Assembly (NCBI GenBank): GCA_010093605.1
Contig: MU004202.1
Span: forward strand, 135,560-199,559
Source: Lophium mytilinum
Taxonomy: Eukaryota
DNA length: 64,000 nucleotides
Reading direction: 5' to 3'
The first letter of the stretch is position 1; the number at the start of each line of letters is the position of its first letter. Made by a program: the position numbers and the translations under genes. Below are positions 12,101 through 25,303 of this stretch, piece by piece. The notes beneath the pieces are model-generated. The model was not told where the DNA came from and made no database searches. It worked only from the letters and a program-made list of their open reading frames with translations.

Positions 12101-13331
12101 GAGAAGTCCGCATCCTTCGCTTGCGAGGCCACCTCCGCCATCAAAACCGTCGCCTCCCTGACAAGAGAAGTTGACGTCTGGACCCAATACCACGACCAGA
12201 TCACAAGCCAAAACAAAGACGGCGTCAAAGCCATCCTTCAATCATCCTCCCTCTACGCCGCCTCCCAAGCCTTCAACTTCTTCTGCACAGGTCTCGGCTT
12301 CTGGTACGGCGGCAGCCTCCTCGGCCATGGCGAGTACGACATGTTCCAATTCTTCGTCGTCTTCTCCTCCGTCATCTTCGGCGCGCAATCCGCCGGCTCC
12401 GTTTTCGCCTTCGCGCCTGATATCAGCAAAGCCAAGGGCGCCGCGTCCATGTTCAAGACCCTCTTCGACCGCAAGCCCACCATCGACGCGTGGTCCCAGG
12501 ACGGCATCAAGATGCACGACATGGACGGCTACGTCGAGTTTCGCGACGTGCATTTCCGCTACCCGACCCGCCCGAACCAGCCCGTTCTTCGCGGACTAAA
12601 TATCAGCGTCAAGCCAGGCCAGTACGTCGCCCTCGTTGGCGGCAGTGGATGCGGCAAGAGCACGACCATCCAACTCCTCGAGCGCTTCTACGACCCCCTC
12701 GTCGGCGGCGTGTACGTCGATGGGCAAAACATCGCGAATCTGAACGTGAACGACTACCGCAAGCACATCGCACTGGTCAGCCAAGAGCCGACGCTCTACC
12801 AGGGCACGATCAAAGACAACATCTTACTCGGCGCGGATACCAAGGGTGTTGAAGTGCCGGAACATGCCATCATCAAGGCCTGCCAGGACGCGAATATCTA
12901 CGACTTCATTATGTCGCTCCCGTAAGTCACCGTACCCTGAGAAGCACAGGAATATCGCTTATTTGATATGCAGTGAGGGCTTCAATACCGTCTGCGGCAA
13001 CAAAGGCGGCCTCCTCTCCGGCGGGCAGAAACAGCGCATCGCCATCGCGCGCGCGCTCCTCCGCGACCCTAAGATCCTACTCCTTGACGAGGCGACGTCG
13101 GCGCTGGACTCGGAGTCCGAAGCTGTGGTGCAGGCCGCTCTTGACGCGGCAGCACAGGGTCGGACGACGATTGCCGTCGCGCATCGCTTGTCGACGATTC
13201 AAAGAGCGGATGTGATTTACGTGTTTGATCAGGGGCAGGTGGTCGAGCATGGCACGCACAGGGAGTTGCTTGGGCGGAGAGGACGGTACTTCGAGTTGGT
13301 TAATATGCAGAGTTTGGAGAGGGCTGGGTAG
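9126..13331 (+). CDS. Full-length ABCB (MDR/P-glycoprotein) multidrug transporter
   Basis: Two TMD-NBD halves; Walker [10 protein letters not shown] and GGSGCGKST, two [14 protein letters not shown] signatures, [11 protein letters not shown]. Introns at 9528-9579, 10258-10306 and 12922-12973 join the ORF pieces in frame. Confidence 0.96.
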
Positions 13332-13898
13332 AGGATGGTGGGGTGGTGCATTGCGTGGCGTTTTTCCTTGTCGGACTTTTGAGCGATGGGCTGGATGATG
13401 GCATGATTGGTGTTGGATATGTTTTGAAGAGGTGTTTCGTTCTTTACTATTCTATTCTTTGAGCGGGTTTTTAGAAACACTTGGATCAGCTATCATATGA
13501 TATTGTTCCCTCCTCAAGTTGTGTGAGATTTGATATCGCGGATTTGAGGGAGATGGCTTCAACTCTGCACGTAACTTTACGGGTCAGCATGAGTCCTCTA
13601 CGCAGAACAGATCCTCTCGCACATACCTCTCTCGAACCCGAAAACGAGAACGAAGCCGGCATCGACGGAGAGACACCCCGGCCTCAGCCTAGCTTGTCTC
13701 CGACGGACATCCATCCTCACCCTCGCCACTCGACAGTCCGTCTCCACCACTCCGCCGGCTCCAGCCACGTGAACATCACCACATATCTCAGATCTCTCCG
13801 GCCTTCCACTGGCCACCCTAGCTCTCGTGGGCTACATGGTCCGTGTCCTCCTCCCCAACCAAGTACCAACTGCCAGCTCGTATACCCCTCACACCCGC

Positions 13899-15030
13899 TC
13901 AATCCTTCCCCCCAACCCCAAACTCTTCCTGCACCTCCTTGATCCTGACCCCGCGCTGGTCCGCCAGCAGCCCCATGAGGCCCTGTCCGATGTCCTTGAT
14001 CTCGTTGTATGTATGCAGGAGCTTGATGTGGGTGGTTATGAGGTCTTTGGCGATGGGGAGGACGGTTGAGGGGTCTGAGATGTTGGATGGGGGCGAGTTT
14101 GAGGGTGTGCTCGGGGTGGGGGTCTGGAGGAGGGGCGAGATGGTGGGGAGAGCGGCGAAAGTGGCGAGGAGGGCGTCGCGTTCGGCCGTTAGGGTTGAGA
14201 GGGTGGTAGCTAGGTCGGATTTGAGGGATTTGGGGTTTTTCTGGGGAGGTTAGATGGGTTGGGGATGGGTGGGGTGGGGAGGTGCTTACTTGAGGGGTGG
14301 TTTTGGTGGTGGGAGAGGAGGAGCCTGCGTGGGATAAGTCGTCGTGAGTAGGCGGTGCTGTGTGGGTAGGGCTTTCATTTTGAGTGACTGGTGCTTCAGA
14401 ATATGCTTCTGCTGTTGAGATGGTACCGGGGTGATCATCAAGTTGCATGTCCTCCGCGAGTGATGCTTGATCTTCCACTCGAGCAGATGAAGATGAGTCC
14501 GGTACTTGGCCATCAATTGGCATCACAGCTGGGATGTCCTGAACATACTCCACGGGAGCTGGTTCCTCCGATGCTGCTGGCGCTTCTGCTACTAAAGTTG
14601 TAGTGGAGTGGGTATCAAGAAGCATGTCATCCGCGAGTAACACCTGGTCTTCTCTTCGAGCTACCAAGGGCGAATTTCGCATCAGATCTGAACTCTCCTG
14701 GTGGTCTTCGTCCGAAGCGGCTTGTTCTTCTATAGCAGTCGATTGCTGTGCTATTGCACTTAAGACGGGCTGATCATTAGTTGGGACGCGTTCTTCGAGT
14801 ATCTTCTCGTCTTTTAGAAGAGTGATAGAATCCGAATCTTTTTCTTCTTCATCTACTGGCTCCATAGCAGACGCTGGGTGGACTTTGACTAGGACTTCAA
14901 GAACTTTCGTCGCTTTTGTGCTCGTATCTACCTTTGTGTTGCTTACGTCGTCGGGAGATGAGGTCAAAAACTCGTCTTCAGAGTCTGGTATTTCCGTTTT
15001 GTCTGCATATTTGGAGCTGTTTCCGGGCAT
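13899..15030 (-). CDS. Swi5/Sae3-domain DNA repair/recombination protein with long acidic N-terminus
   Basis: Removing a 49-nt intron (14241-14289; GTAAGC..CTAAC..CAG) gives a last exon reading HIKLLHTYNEIKDIGQGLMGLLADQRGVRIKEVQEEFGVGGKD*, the Swi5 domain consensus. Confidence 0.88.
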
Positions 15031-15480
15031 GTTGGAAGGCGGAGGGGTACCACGGGTAGTCGCGATCAGGTCAGTAGCAATGCGGGTTGGTTTTCAATTA
15101 AACAGTATGACGAAAAGGTGAACTGAGATTTCTTTTATACCCACGGCATATACCGGATTTGAAGCTGTAGAAGTACCGTTGTGACCCAATGAGGCAGTCC
15201 GCGATGTGGTTGAGGTCTCGGAGGCTCGGCCGGGGCAACAGCGGGTCGAATGATACAAACGGCAAGTCGCTGACGCAGCGTGGTCAATAACGCATGAACA
15301 AAGGCCCGGCCGAAACACCACTCACCAAGCTCCTTTTAATCCTTCCCTGCGCTACAGTGGGCCCGCCTACGAGTCCTACGAACCCGCGAATGTGTTTATA
15401 CGCGTGAACACCCCCGATCCTCCGCACCTGTTCCTTCAACCGTCTCAGACCTCACCACCACGGCGAAGGCCCCCTCCGCC

Positions 15481-17050
15481 ATGACGACAACGTTAAGAAC
15501 CTGGGTGCCCCTCGGCGTCGCTGCTTCGTGCCTCTTGGTGACAGTTGCTGCGCACGAGCATCATGAGGATAAGATAGAGGATGGCCATTCTGTCTCCGCC
15601 GACCCCATAGTATGTTGAGGATGCTGCAAAAGGAATGCGACAAGGCCCCGGATGCTGACGGAATTATAGGACTCGATACTATGGATCCATATCCTTATGC
15701 AGACGCTTGCTTGGGGCATATTGTTCCCTACAGGAATGGTTCTTGGGGTATGTTCTCTTCGGCGGCGCAAACAAATTACGACTCCATCTAACCCATCTTC
15801 ATCCAGATGATCCGCTCGCGATGGCACGTCCCAGTCCAAACCACCGGCTCAGTGCTTGCTGTTATAGGATACTTGCTCGGACACAAGCATAAAGGCCGCC
15901 AGTTCACACACAACATCCACGCCACCTTCGCCCCGACTCTAATGCTGTCACTGGTCCTCCAGGTGGTAATGGGTGTATACCTGAAGCTCCATCTCGAGAA
16001 GGGAATCCATGCCCGGATACGGAAAATCGTGATTCTCTGCCACGGCGTTATAGGCAAAATGATGCCAGTCGCCACCTGGGTGCAGATGGTATTCGGAGGC
16101 ATCACAGCCATGGGATTCTGTCGGGAGGACCACCTCGGGCAATGTCTGGCGCACTTTATCATGGGTAGCGCATTCATCGGCTACGGGATTATCATGACAA
16201 TCCTCCTCCTCGTTGGCCAGCTATGGCTCAAGCGATCTGGACGCAGCCAGGAATTCTTCGACTCCCTCGTTATTGCTGCGTGGGGCTGTGTGAACACATT
16301 CACGGAGCACAGGTGGGGCCAGGCGTGGGTGCACAACGACCTCCAGCACACATCAATGGGCATAATCTGGTGGTGTGCGGGATTATTGGGTGTCTGGCTG
16401 AGCAGGAAGAGAGACGGAAGGCCAAAGCGAAACATCATCCCAGGCATGATCATCCTGATCACTGGCTATGGCATGTCGGCCCATCCGCAGAACTTACCAC
16501 TGTCCACAATGGTCCACACATTATTTGGCTACACTCTCATGGCCGCCGGTATTACGCGGATTATTGAAATTGCATTCGTTCTCAGAGACGGTTCCGCAAC
16601 CACCCTAGACGGGTCCGACCCGAGCAGCTTCCAATATCTTCCCCCATTCGTGAGTCTACTCCAAATTTATACACCTCAATCCCACCTGACATTTGCTAGC
16701 TCCTTTATGCTTCCGGTTTCCTCTTCATGGGCGCCACCGAAGAGCAAATGCAGCTCCTCTCCGACAATGGCGTAACGCACGTCTCCTACGTTTTCATCCT
16801 CTACAGCATCGCCTTCCTACTTTTCCTATTCGTCAATATGCTCCTCCACCTGTACGCCGTCTCCACGTGGGGCGAGACTTCCAAATCAGACCCAGAAGCT
16901 CCGCGGACGAACGGGCTGGCAAACGGGCATGCCAGGACTACGGACCACCGCAGGGTCCGCGATGCAGAGGAGTTTGAGCTTGCGGGACTCATGTCGGATG
17001 ATGAGGAGCCGGAGACACCGGTCGCGGCGAAGGGGAGGCATGAGGGATAG
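15481..17050 (+). CDS. YTP1-like multi-pass membrane protein (DUF2427/Ytp1)
   Basis: Signal peptide then HEHHED; SRWHVPVQ, LGQCLAHFIMGSAFIGYG, SQEFFDS, NTFTEHRWG, DLQHTSMG, FMGATEEQ. Introns at 15610-15669, 15748-15806 and 16650-16699. Confidence 0.88.
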
Positions 17051-17369
17051 TGAATGATAGCTGATGTGAATGAGGTGGTTTTCTCTAGTCTTTGCATGGT
17101 TGGCGTTCAATGGTCGTACCGAATTGGGCTTGGGGTAACTCCGGGAAGTTGGAGCGCTAACTCAGCGGTTGATACTGGATCGAAGGATTCTAGTTGAATC
17201 GTTAAAGAAGAAACCCGTTCTATTTCTATTCAAATCAACATATTCACAAAGGTTTACTTGTTACCGTCCCGTCTTATTGTTGTCTTCATCTGTCGCTGCT
17301 CAGGTAAGAATCCAGTCACAAGACACCCACACTCCTCGATTTCCCGAAGTCGTATTCTGTCAGGTATTG

Positions 17370-18820
17370 ATCACATGCCTCACATGCCCCACACGCGCCG
17401 TCCGTGCTTTCAACATCTTTTCCCTATAAAGTCTTCCACGCCCTCGCCGTCTTCGCTTTCTTTCTTCATGAGAGTCGAAAGGGTAGAGGAGGAGGATGAA
17501 AAATGGCAGTAAACGCCTGCCATGTTTGCGTGTGCCTCGGGTGTAGCAAAACCGCTCAAAAGATCAGCTCATGGGCGGGTGTCAGCTCATGGGCGGGTGG
17601 TGGGAGACACTGTTCAAAATCACCAATAGCCTCAACTATGGATTACTGGATCGGGTGTGGTTCATCAACAGAGTGGTCGCCAAGCGCGATGGAGTGGTGG
17701 GGCTAGGGTTTGGGGTGTGGTGCAAAATCCGTTCTATCAACGTCACATGGAGTGTCAGAGGGGAGTGTGGTGGATCAACACTATGGTTCGAGGACGCAAA
17801 TGGGAGGATTTTTGGGGGTGTGGTGCAAAATCAAAGAATGATCGCGGACCATGGAGTGGAGTCGCGGGTCTAGTGCTGGGGGTAAAGGAGGGGTGTGATG
17901 ATGCTCCCTAGCATGCGAGCCTAGAGCTGATAATTCCATTCTCTCTCTAATAGCATTGAGCAGGGACAGGGGTGGTGGTGGAGGAGGGGATCAGTAGTGA
18001 GTTGGTGGCAGCTTCATCTTCCTTGAGGTTGTTGTTCGAGACGTTTGAGAATCGCGAACGAGATCGAGGACTTCATCAATCATCCGTTCACCGGTACTTT
18101 CCTATCTCATCGTCAATCATCCCGTTATATCCTATCTCATCACATTTCATGCCTCCGCTCACCCCACAGTACTGATTGTAACCTATCTGTCTCATCCCAA
18201 GCCGCTTCAACGCCCAATCCGTTCTCGACGAAAGGAACCCGCATCTAAGGCTCTGATCTCTCGTCCCCGTGATTCTTTACAGCCAGTGCTAGGTAGTGAC
18301 ATAGCTCACGCTGCTCACATGTCTCCCACGTGTTCTTCCCTTTCTTTTTCATAAAAATCTCCACCCTCCTTCCTTCATCCACTTTTCTTCATGGGTTCGG
18401 ACGCGGAGGAGACGAGGAGAACGAGAAGGGAGAGGAGGGGAATAAAAAAGTTTAAACTTCCTTACCATGACTGCGTGTGCGTTCAGCGCAGCAAAAGCAA
18501 GAACGCGTTATCCTCATGGGCGTGTGGTGAATCGCTGGAGTCCAAACCTGAAGATCGCGAAGCCGATGAGGTGCGGATTGAGCATCGTGCATAGTCACGT
18601 GCTCCACCCTCACTCTCGATCTCTTCTGAGTATAAAGTCTTCTACTCACTCGCCGTCTTCAGTTCTTTCATGGTGGTGGCACGGAAAGGTCGAGGAGGAT
18701 CAAGTGTTGGAAGAGGAGTTTGTGTGTGCCTCGGGTGCAGCAACAGATCGGTACTCCGACAAATGGGAGGACTGGGGGGGGCCTGAAAGCAAAACCGCGA
18801 CAATCACCCGCCCCATGGCG
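17370..18820. repeat. Three degenerate direct repeats of ~200-250 bp (approx. 17370-17600, 18295-18530, 18590-18820)
   Basis: Shared colinear blocks: (T/C)ATAAA, CTCGCCGTCTTC (copies 1 and 3), TTCATG, GA-rich tract, TG(C/T)GTGTGC, CTCGGGTG(T/C)AGCAA (copies 1 and 3), AGCAAAA, CTCATGGGCG (copies 1 and 2). Confidence 0.7.
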
Positions 18821-19822
18821 TAGATCTGGTGAGTAGATGCGGTGATCACCATCAGGAGCTTCAGTCTGCAATAGACCAGTAAACGATACCCTAATGATGT
18901 AAAACAGTATCTCAAAAACAAAGCAGTGAAGTAGTGAAGTGATGAAATAACATTCAACTGCGTTAGGACCTATAACATACCACACGGGCAGCAGCAAAAC
19001 AACCAGCTAGCCTGAGCATTTCCCGATGGTACTCAGATCGAAAATTCCTTAACTCTCTTCAAGTTACGGTGGGATTTGGTAATTTTGGGCGTAGATTGAG
19101 ACAAAGTGGGGTGATGTTCACTAGCTTTAGACGTTCCTAGTGATATCTTTCTCCTACTTGATAGTACAGCTCAGCTAGTCTTTTCCATGTGAAGGAGCCT
19201 CAGCTCGTTTGCGCGTAGGATTTCATCTTTCCTTCAGCAATACCGTTCGAGTAGTGACCGAAGTGATGGAAATCATGTACAGAAAGAGGTTCCAGTCATC
19301 ACCATGCTCATCAACACCGAACCTCCCTTTTCATCACGACCCGAGCTCCTCCACCAAGTCTGGCCATGAAAGGTCTCCGACTGTGTTGATACCACAGATC
19401 AACCTCCGCCGCCAACTCCACCCATCAGACTGGTCTGGAAAGCCTTTTGATTACCAACTCTCTCCCCACAATCCCCACATATCAAACCACCTGCGATGGT
19501 TTGACACAGACATCGTGGTTGATATTTAAGGGTTCTGAAGCCGCTGAATCTTCCTCCTGCCCCTGGAGTTCGAGAGTTGCAGAGCAGAGGAGTTTTATAG
19601 GAAACGAGGTTTGAGGGTGATGTAAGCTTCATGTGATTTGTCACATGTTTTATCCTCGAACTAAGATGGGCGTGAGACGAGAGAATTGGAGTTAATGGAA
19701 TATGCGGATGTTTGGAGATCCAAGGATTCTGATGGGACTTGCTACATTGCTCGCCCGCAAAAGAATACACATCAACGAAGACCCTATCTCAATTAACTCA
19801 AAGAAAACCCATAACCAACCCC

Positions 19823-20998
19823 TCAATACCTCATCACCGCGTCAAACCTAGCCTCAGCATCCTGCTGCCCCTTAACATTAATCTCCCTCTCCCTCGCCCT
19901 CTCCCACTCCCTAATCCGCTCCTTGACCCCACCCCCCTTCAGCCCCCTCTTCCCCTCCCACCCATCCCTTACAAATCGCTGCCACGTCACAATCTCAAAC
20001 CCACTCCCCCCAACCCTCTTAACCTCATACTCCAGCTCCCACTCATGCCGCCACAACGCCAAACACTCCGCTTTACACAACACCCCCTCCCCATGCAGCA
20101 GCTTACACGCAATCGCCGCCACCAAGAACGCCGCCGGGATGTCAATCGCCAACCCCAGCTCTTTCACGATGCGCGCAATATCCGGCTTCGAGAACCCCGC
20201 TGCGCCAACCGGCAGCGTGAGCTGGTGCCGTGCGCGGAGGAGGAGGCCTGTGGGGTGGAACAGCGGCGTGAAGGCGTGGACGTAGAAGACGTGGTCGTAG
20301 CCGCGGTTGCCCAGGCCGAGGGAGGCGGCGGGGAGGGCGCCGCTCCAGGTGCAGGCGAGGACGTGGAGGCAGGGTTTGCGGCGGTGGGCGAGGGAGACGA
20401 TGGTGGTGTGGAGGAGGGAGTAGCGGGGGTAGGAGGGGAGGCGGGGGGAGAAGGTGAAGAGGGCTTGCGATGGGTCTGCGCCCGCAGGGGGAATAGAGGT
20501 TCCGCCTGGGCTGGAGGTCGGAGGGCCGGGTTTGGGGGAGTGGATGTTGCGGTGGAGTCGGCAACAGCGGGCGCAGTGGAAGTAGCGGGGGTCGTCTTTT
20601 TGGAGAAGTTGCAAGAGAGAGTAGAGCTCGGCGCTGTCTTTTGTAGCTGCGAGAGCTGACCAGACGCGGCCGTCGAGAGCGGCGTAGAAGAAGTGGGACG
20701 TTACCGCGAGGCAGGCGGATGATGAAGGGGACAGGAAGGTAGAGACGTGTTGGATGAGCTCAACTGGTAGGGAAGAAAAGATGGTTTGTTTGGTGGAAAA
20801 GGGGTTGGAGTTTGATGTTTTTCTCGATTCTGCGGTGGAGGGCCAGAGTGAGGACGATCGTTTGAATCTGGATAAGATAGAAGAGCTTGTCTCTGGCTGG
20901 GATGTCCAGGCTTTGTGGTGAGTGCCGCACGGTATCGGAGAGTAGGCACATGGCAGAATCGGGATTGGGCTTGGAGACTTCTGAGAGGTGTCTGCCAT
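19823..20998 (-). CDS. F-box domain protein
   Basis: 391-aa ORF with FSSLPVELIQHVSTFLSPSSSACLAVTSHFFY (F-box) and a downstream C-x2-C-x3-H-like motif (HCARCCRLH) seen in fungal F-box proteins. Confidence 0.75.
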   Translation of the reverse strand: MADTSQKSPSPIPILPCAYSPIPCGTHHKAWTSQPETSSSILSRFKRSSSLWPSTAESRKTSNSNPFSTKQTIFSSLPVELIQHVSTFLSPSSSACLAVTSHFFYAALDGRVWSALAATKDSAELYSLLQLLQKDDPRYFHCARCCRLHRNIHSPKPGPPTSSPGGTSIPPAGADPSQALFTFSPRLPSYPRYSLLHTTIVSLAHRRKPCLHVLACTWSGALPAASLGLGNRGYDHVFYVHAFTPLFHPTGLLLRARHQLTLPVGAAGFSKPDIARIVKELGLAIDIPAAFLVAAIACKLLHGEGVLCKAECLALWRHEWELEYEVKRVGGSGFEIVTWQRFVRDGWEGKRGLKGGGVKERIREWERAREREINVKGQQDAEARFDAVMRY

Positions 20999-22467
20999 TG
21001 CGGATGGCTTCTTCTTCGTCCAATACGAGGCTGCTAGGATAGCAAGAGGGATCCCAAGGATCCTTTCGAAACTTTGAAGAAGTCTGGAAGATCTTCGCGG
21101 GAGTATCGACGATCTTAGATCTGAAGGCCGAGGTTTAGATCTTAGCCCATAGGCTAGTAGAGATGTGTAGAAAATAAGTATGATACACCGGGATATAGAT
21201 ACGGAAGCATTAAAGTTATAGTGTTGAGTTACAAGCGATGCAAACCCCTCATCGGATCAGCCAGTTGCAGAATAGACTGCCCCAGCAGAGGTAGTTGAAG
21301 TAGGTAAGGAGAAGAAGTCTAACGAGGTTCGCTGTCCGCCAAGATCTGCACCCGCTCGGCCCGCTGATGCCTAACCTTAGTGAGCATACCTAGTATGTAA
21401 CGAGTCATGGCCCTTGCAATAGAAAAGCAGTTTGACAAGGCTTCTAATATCAACGGAAGTTCCTTTACACTTTACTTCTGGTACCTCTGTGCACTTACAA
21501 AGGTCTAGGGAAAGGTCCACATCCTGCACGCTGTTTACATACACCTTTCTAACATCGCCTGAGGTGGCTAAGTAAGAGCTTGAGGTTTGTCAAGTGATGT
21601 ATTGGGATGTCGTTTGGAGAGCTGACAATTTCTGGAAGCACCACAGGATGCGTCAGAAAGGTGCAAGGAAATCTTCGTCCCAGTCCTTTACACAAGCCCC
21701 AAGTACCAAGATACCCGAGCATGTCAAAGCCCCCGAATCCAACTGCGGAGACACAGACGACATATATTGAACCCATCAATTCATATCTAACATCTCTATG
21801 CCGGATCTCACGCCTCCTTCTGATCCGCAGGTAAAAGAAAAGGCCATCGAGCGCATCATATCCATTCTCGGCTTCGATAGCGCCCGCTCTCGACCAATTG
21901 GGGAGCAACGCGCAGCTGCGCTCATCCTCATCCGTTTTTCAACTTCCCTCGAAGTCCCCAAAATTCATCACCGCTACCGCCCTGTGTAAACAAAACTAAG
22001 CCTTCGCAACCAGCAGCCAGGGGCTAGTATCGCTCAAAGCTCAATAGGAGAGACGCTTATTAACCCGCACCCAACCGCCTTCCAACAAAAAAAGTTAAAA
22101 AAAAGCTTCCTCGTCCCTCGAACTTCCCAGAACCAAGAAAGGCCGTGTGGTCGTTAGACAAATAGGGGAATAGGGAAGCCATGCAAAACCTCATCGCAAA
22201 TTGCAACCGTGATATAGGGTAAGGGGCGTGGGTAGAGTAGGAGGATCATACGTACGTAAATGAGGCAAAGCCAAAAGAGTTCCGGATGAAGCCAAGTCGA
22301 AACCCAAAAGGTTGGCGTTGCTCGTAGCCGCTCTAGCACCAAATGCAAGATGCCTGGAACACTGCTGGGAAGGCTAGACGAGACGAGGGCGAGAACGCTC
22401 ATGAATCTGTGCTAAAAGGGAAAGTCCTGAGATATCGGAGACTGTGGTATCTATGATATCGGGGTTT

Positions 22468-25303
22468 TTAGTGGCTCCCGTTCTTCCTGAAGTTGAGCAG
22501 CTGAGCCAAGCTGGCAAGGCTGCATCCGCCCCGCAAGAAGTCATGACTCATCAGCTCGCTGGCGCTAGCCCGGGACTTGACATCGACGCAAAGGCAGACG
22601 CTGAGGAAGGCCTTCAACTCTTTGGAGAGTTTGTCGGGCTTCTTGAGACGGGGCGTGCCATTGGTAGCAATGAGGTAAAGGGCCTTGAGTGGCTCCTCGT
22701 TCAGGTAGGGCGGTTCAGACTCGATCATCTCAATGGCCATGATGCCTAGCGACCAGATGTCGACTTTGTTGCCGTACTCCTTCTGCTTGACGACCTCGGG
22801 TGCCATCCAGTATGGAGTGCCGACCATGGTGGCACGCTTGCTTCGCTGCTCCGTGAGCTTGGCGCAAAACCCAAAATCGGTGATCTTGACATTTCCACGG
22901 CCATCAAGCAGCACGTTGTCGCTCTTGATGTCACGATGGATAATGTTCTGAGCGTGCAGATGCTCAAGGCCTTTGCATGTCTGTCAAAGTCATTAGCTCC
23001 AAATCCGCGAATGAAAAGTCAGTCATCTGCCCAGGATTCTCATCCCACTTGCATCCCGTGACTGACTCCTCATATGGAAAACTGATGTGAGTAGACGTAC
23101 CTCCAAACAGATTGTAGCAATCTGGTCCTCACTGATCGACGGGTTGTTGTCAATGACATCAGTCAAAGCGCCGCCCTCCATGAACTCCATCACCACCCAC
23201 AACTCAGAGTGCTCCTCCTGAAGAAAGGCATCCAAGAAGTTAACAATGTTAGGGTGCTTGCTGTCCTTCATGACGATAATTTCGTTGACAATCAACTCCT
23301 TCCTCGGCTGGTTGCGGAGATCCATCTGTTTGATGGCCACCTGAGCGCGGGGCCCATTCTCTCGAAGGATTCTTCGCGCGACCTCGGATGTTGCACTCTC
23401 TCGAATCCGGGCGACATACACGGATCCTGATGCACCCTGACCGATCTTCTTCTGCTTATTGTACGAGTCTAAAGGCTTATCTTTGGAAACAACCTCCCGT
23501 AGCTTGATCATGACTTCACTCTCGGACATACTCGACATACGGACATCCTTGCGACCAGGCTCCTCCTTCTTGCTGGTCAGAGCCTTTTCTGCTGCCTTCA
23601 CGGGATCAACTGCAGGGGCTGGTGCTGGTTTGCTGGCCACATTCAAGGGCTTCGGCGCAGTAGCTCCGGGTAAGCGTGTCTGGCCTGCCTGGTTACTGCT
23701 ACCATTAGGGGCGCGAGCCGGAGCAGGCTGTCCATTAGATCCAGCGGGATACCTAGCAGCAGGCTGAGCAGGACGCTGGGCCGCAGCCGTAGGGGCCTTG
23801 GCTTGCGGAGATTTGTAGGTGCTATTGGAGGTAGGAGCGGATGGAGCGGTCCTCTGAGCGGCCATCTGGCGCAATGAGCCTGGCGGTTGCTGCCTATCCC
23901 TCGAAGTTCCTGGAGTTGATGGAGCGGGACGACTCGGGTTGTACCTAGCAGGATTGTTTCCTGGTGGGCTTGTATCTCTACTTTCTTCGCTATATCCTCC
24001 GCCTCCGATTTCCTGTTTGGCCATCGGAGTCTTAGTCTTCGGCAGAGAAGCATTCCATGCTGCATCTTCTTCCCGCTGTCGACGCTCCTGCTCTCGTCGC
24101 TGCTGCTCTCGCTCACGCTCGCGCTGGAGTCTGGCCTCCTCCTCTCGCCTCCGACGGCGCTCTTCCTCGGCTCGCGCATTATCTTGGGCTTGCTGTTGAT
24201 ACGATGTCTTCTCGTTCCCGTAGCTGTTTGGGGGAGGAGTCTGGCTGTTCTCCCGGGACGTGTTGTAGCTCTGTTGACGTGAAAATCCGTTTGGCGGAGT
24301 CGGTCGCGGAGGAGCGATGGAATTGCCGCCGGGGAATCCCAGCTGCTTCTCATTTCCTGAAGAGATTGGGGGTGTAGGGGTGAGGCTTGGGTAGGCCACG
24401 GGATCGTCCGCGCGTTTGACAAGCTTTTCGGTGTAAAACTCAAGCACCTCTAAAACAGCTTTTGGGTTCTTCGCGTAGTCGTCCTTCGTGATAGCGGAAG
24501 CAGTGAGAAGCTTTTCCCATTCGACAGGCAGTCCAACAAAGGCGCCGGTAGTAGGGTCGAAGCCAACATGGACTCGGTGGGTAAAGTTGGTAGGATTGCT
24601 CACGCCACCCATGCTGGGACATCGCTGGTAGATGCTGTCAATCCATGAGTAGACCTCGTCGTCCGTGTTCACTTTGCAAGTGATGACCTTGGTAGGCGCA
24701 TCACGGGGCGGAGACGCGCCATTCGATGTGTTCGTGGTCCTGCTGATCTCGAAAGAAAATGGGAAGTTGTCGGATCTAGTGACGCTCGTGACATCGCGGA
24801 GCTGAATCGTGAAAGACACTTTAGGCGAGTTGTTGCTCTTCATGAAATCTAGCTGGAATTCGCGCAGCACAAGAAATTTGTCGGACCAGATCATGCCCTT
24901 GAAGAGGCCTTCATCTTTCACCTTCGCCCAACCGTCCTTGACAACCTGGTAGGTACCCATGCTCTTTTCGGACTGCGTTCGCTGTAGCAGGGAGGTTGAC
25001 GAGTTGTTGAAGCCGGGGGACTGGAGGCTGAGACCAGACATATTGCCAGGGAGGTTGTTCGTGTTCGGTGTGAGTGCAAGGCGGGGGCGGTCGGTAGGAG
25101 GACGCGGAGCCGGACCAGGGTTCATGAACTGGTCACGACTATAGACGCTGTAAGAAGCTCACGGTCAGTTCTGCTGCTACGGACGGCTGTGACTATGTCG
25201 ATAATGAGGAATGGACGCGGGAAAAGATCTCGACAAGCTCGAGGTCTACGGGATGTAGGTTGCGAGACATGAAAAATACGTACGCCGGGGGATTGTTCGA
25301 CAT
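22468..25303 (-). CDS. CLA4: Cla4-type p21-activated kinase (PH + CRIB + STE kinase)
   Basis: PH domain, [20 protein letters not shown], kinase [48 protein letters not shown]. Short first exon MSNNPP (25303-25284); introns at 25148-25283 and 22981-23100. Confidence 0.93.

Noticed and set aside
13717..15030. 437-aa ORF taken as the complete protein
   Set aside because: Its Pro/His/Arg-rich tail is an out-of-frame read-through; splicing 14241-14289 yields the Swi5 domain in another frame.
19739..20659. 306-aa + strand ORF
   Set aside because: Antisense shadow of the F-box gene, kept open by extreme C/G skew; low-complexity translation.
21600..21989. Possible small spliced gene (CTAAC...CAG followed by a ~50-codon frame)
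   Set aside because: No convincing donor or start in frame and no recognisable motif.
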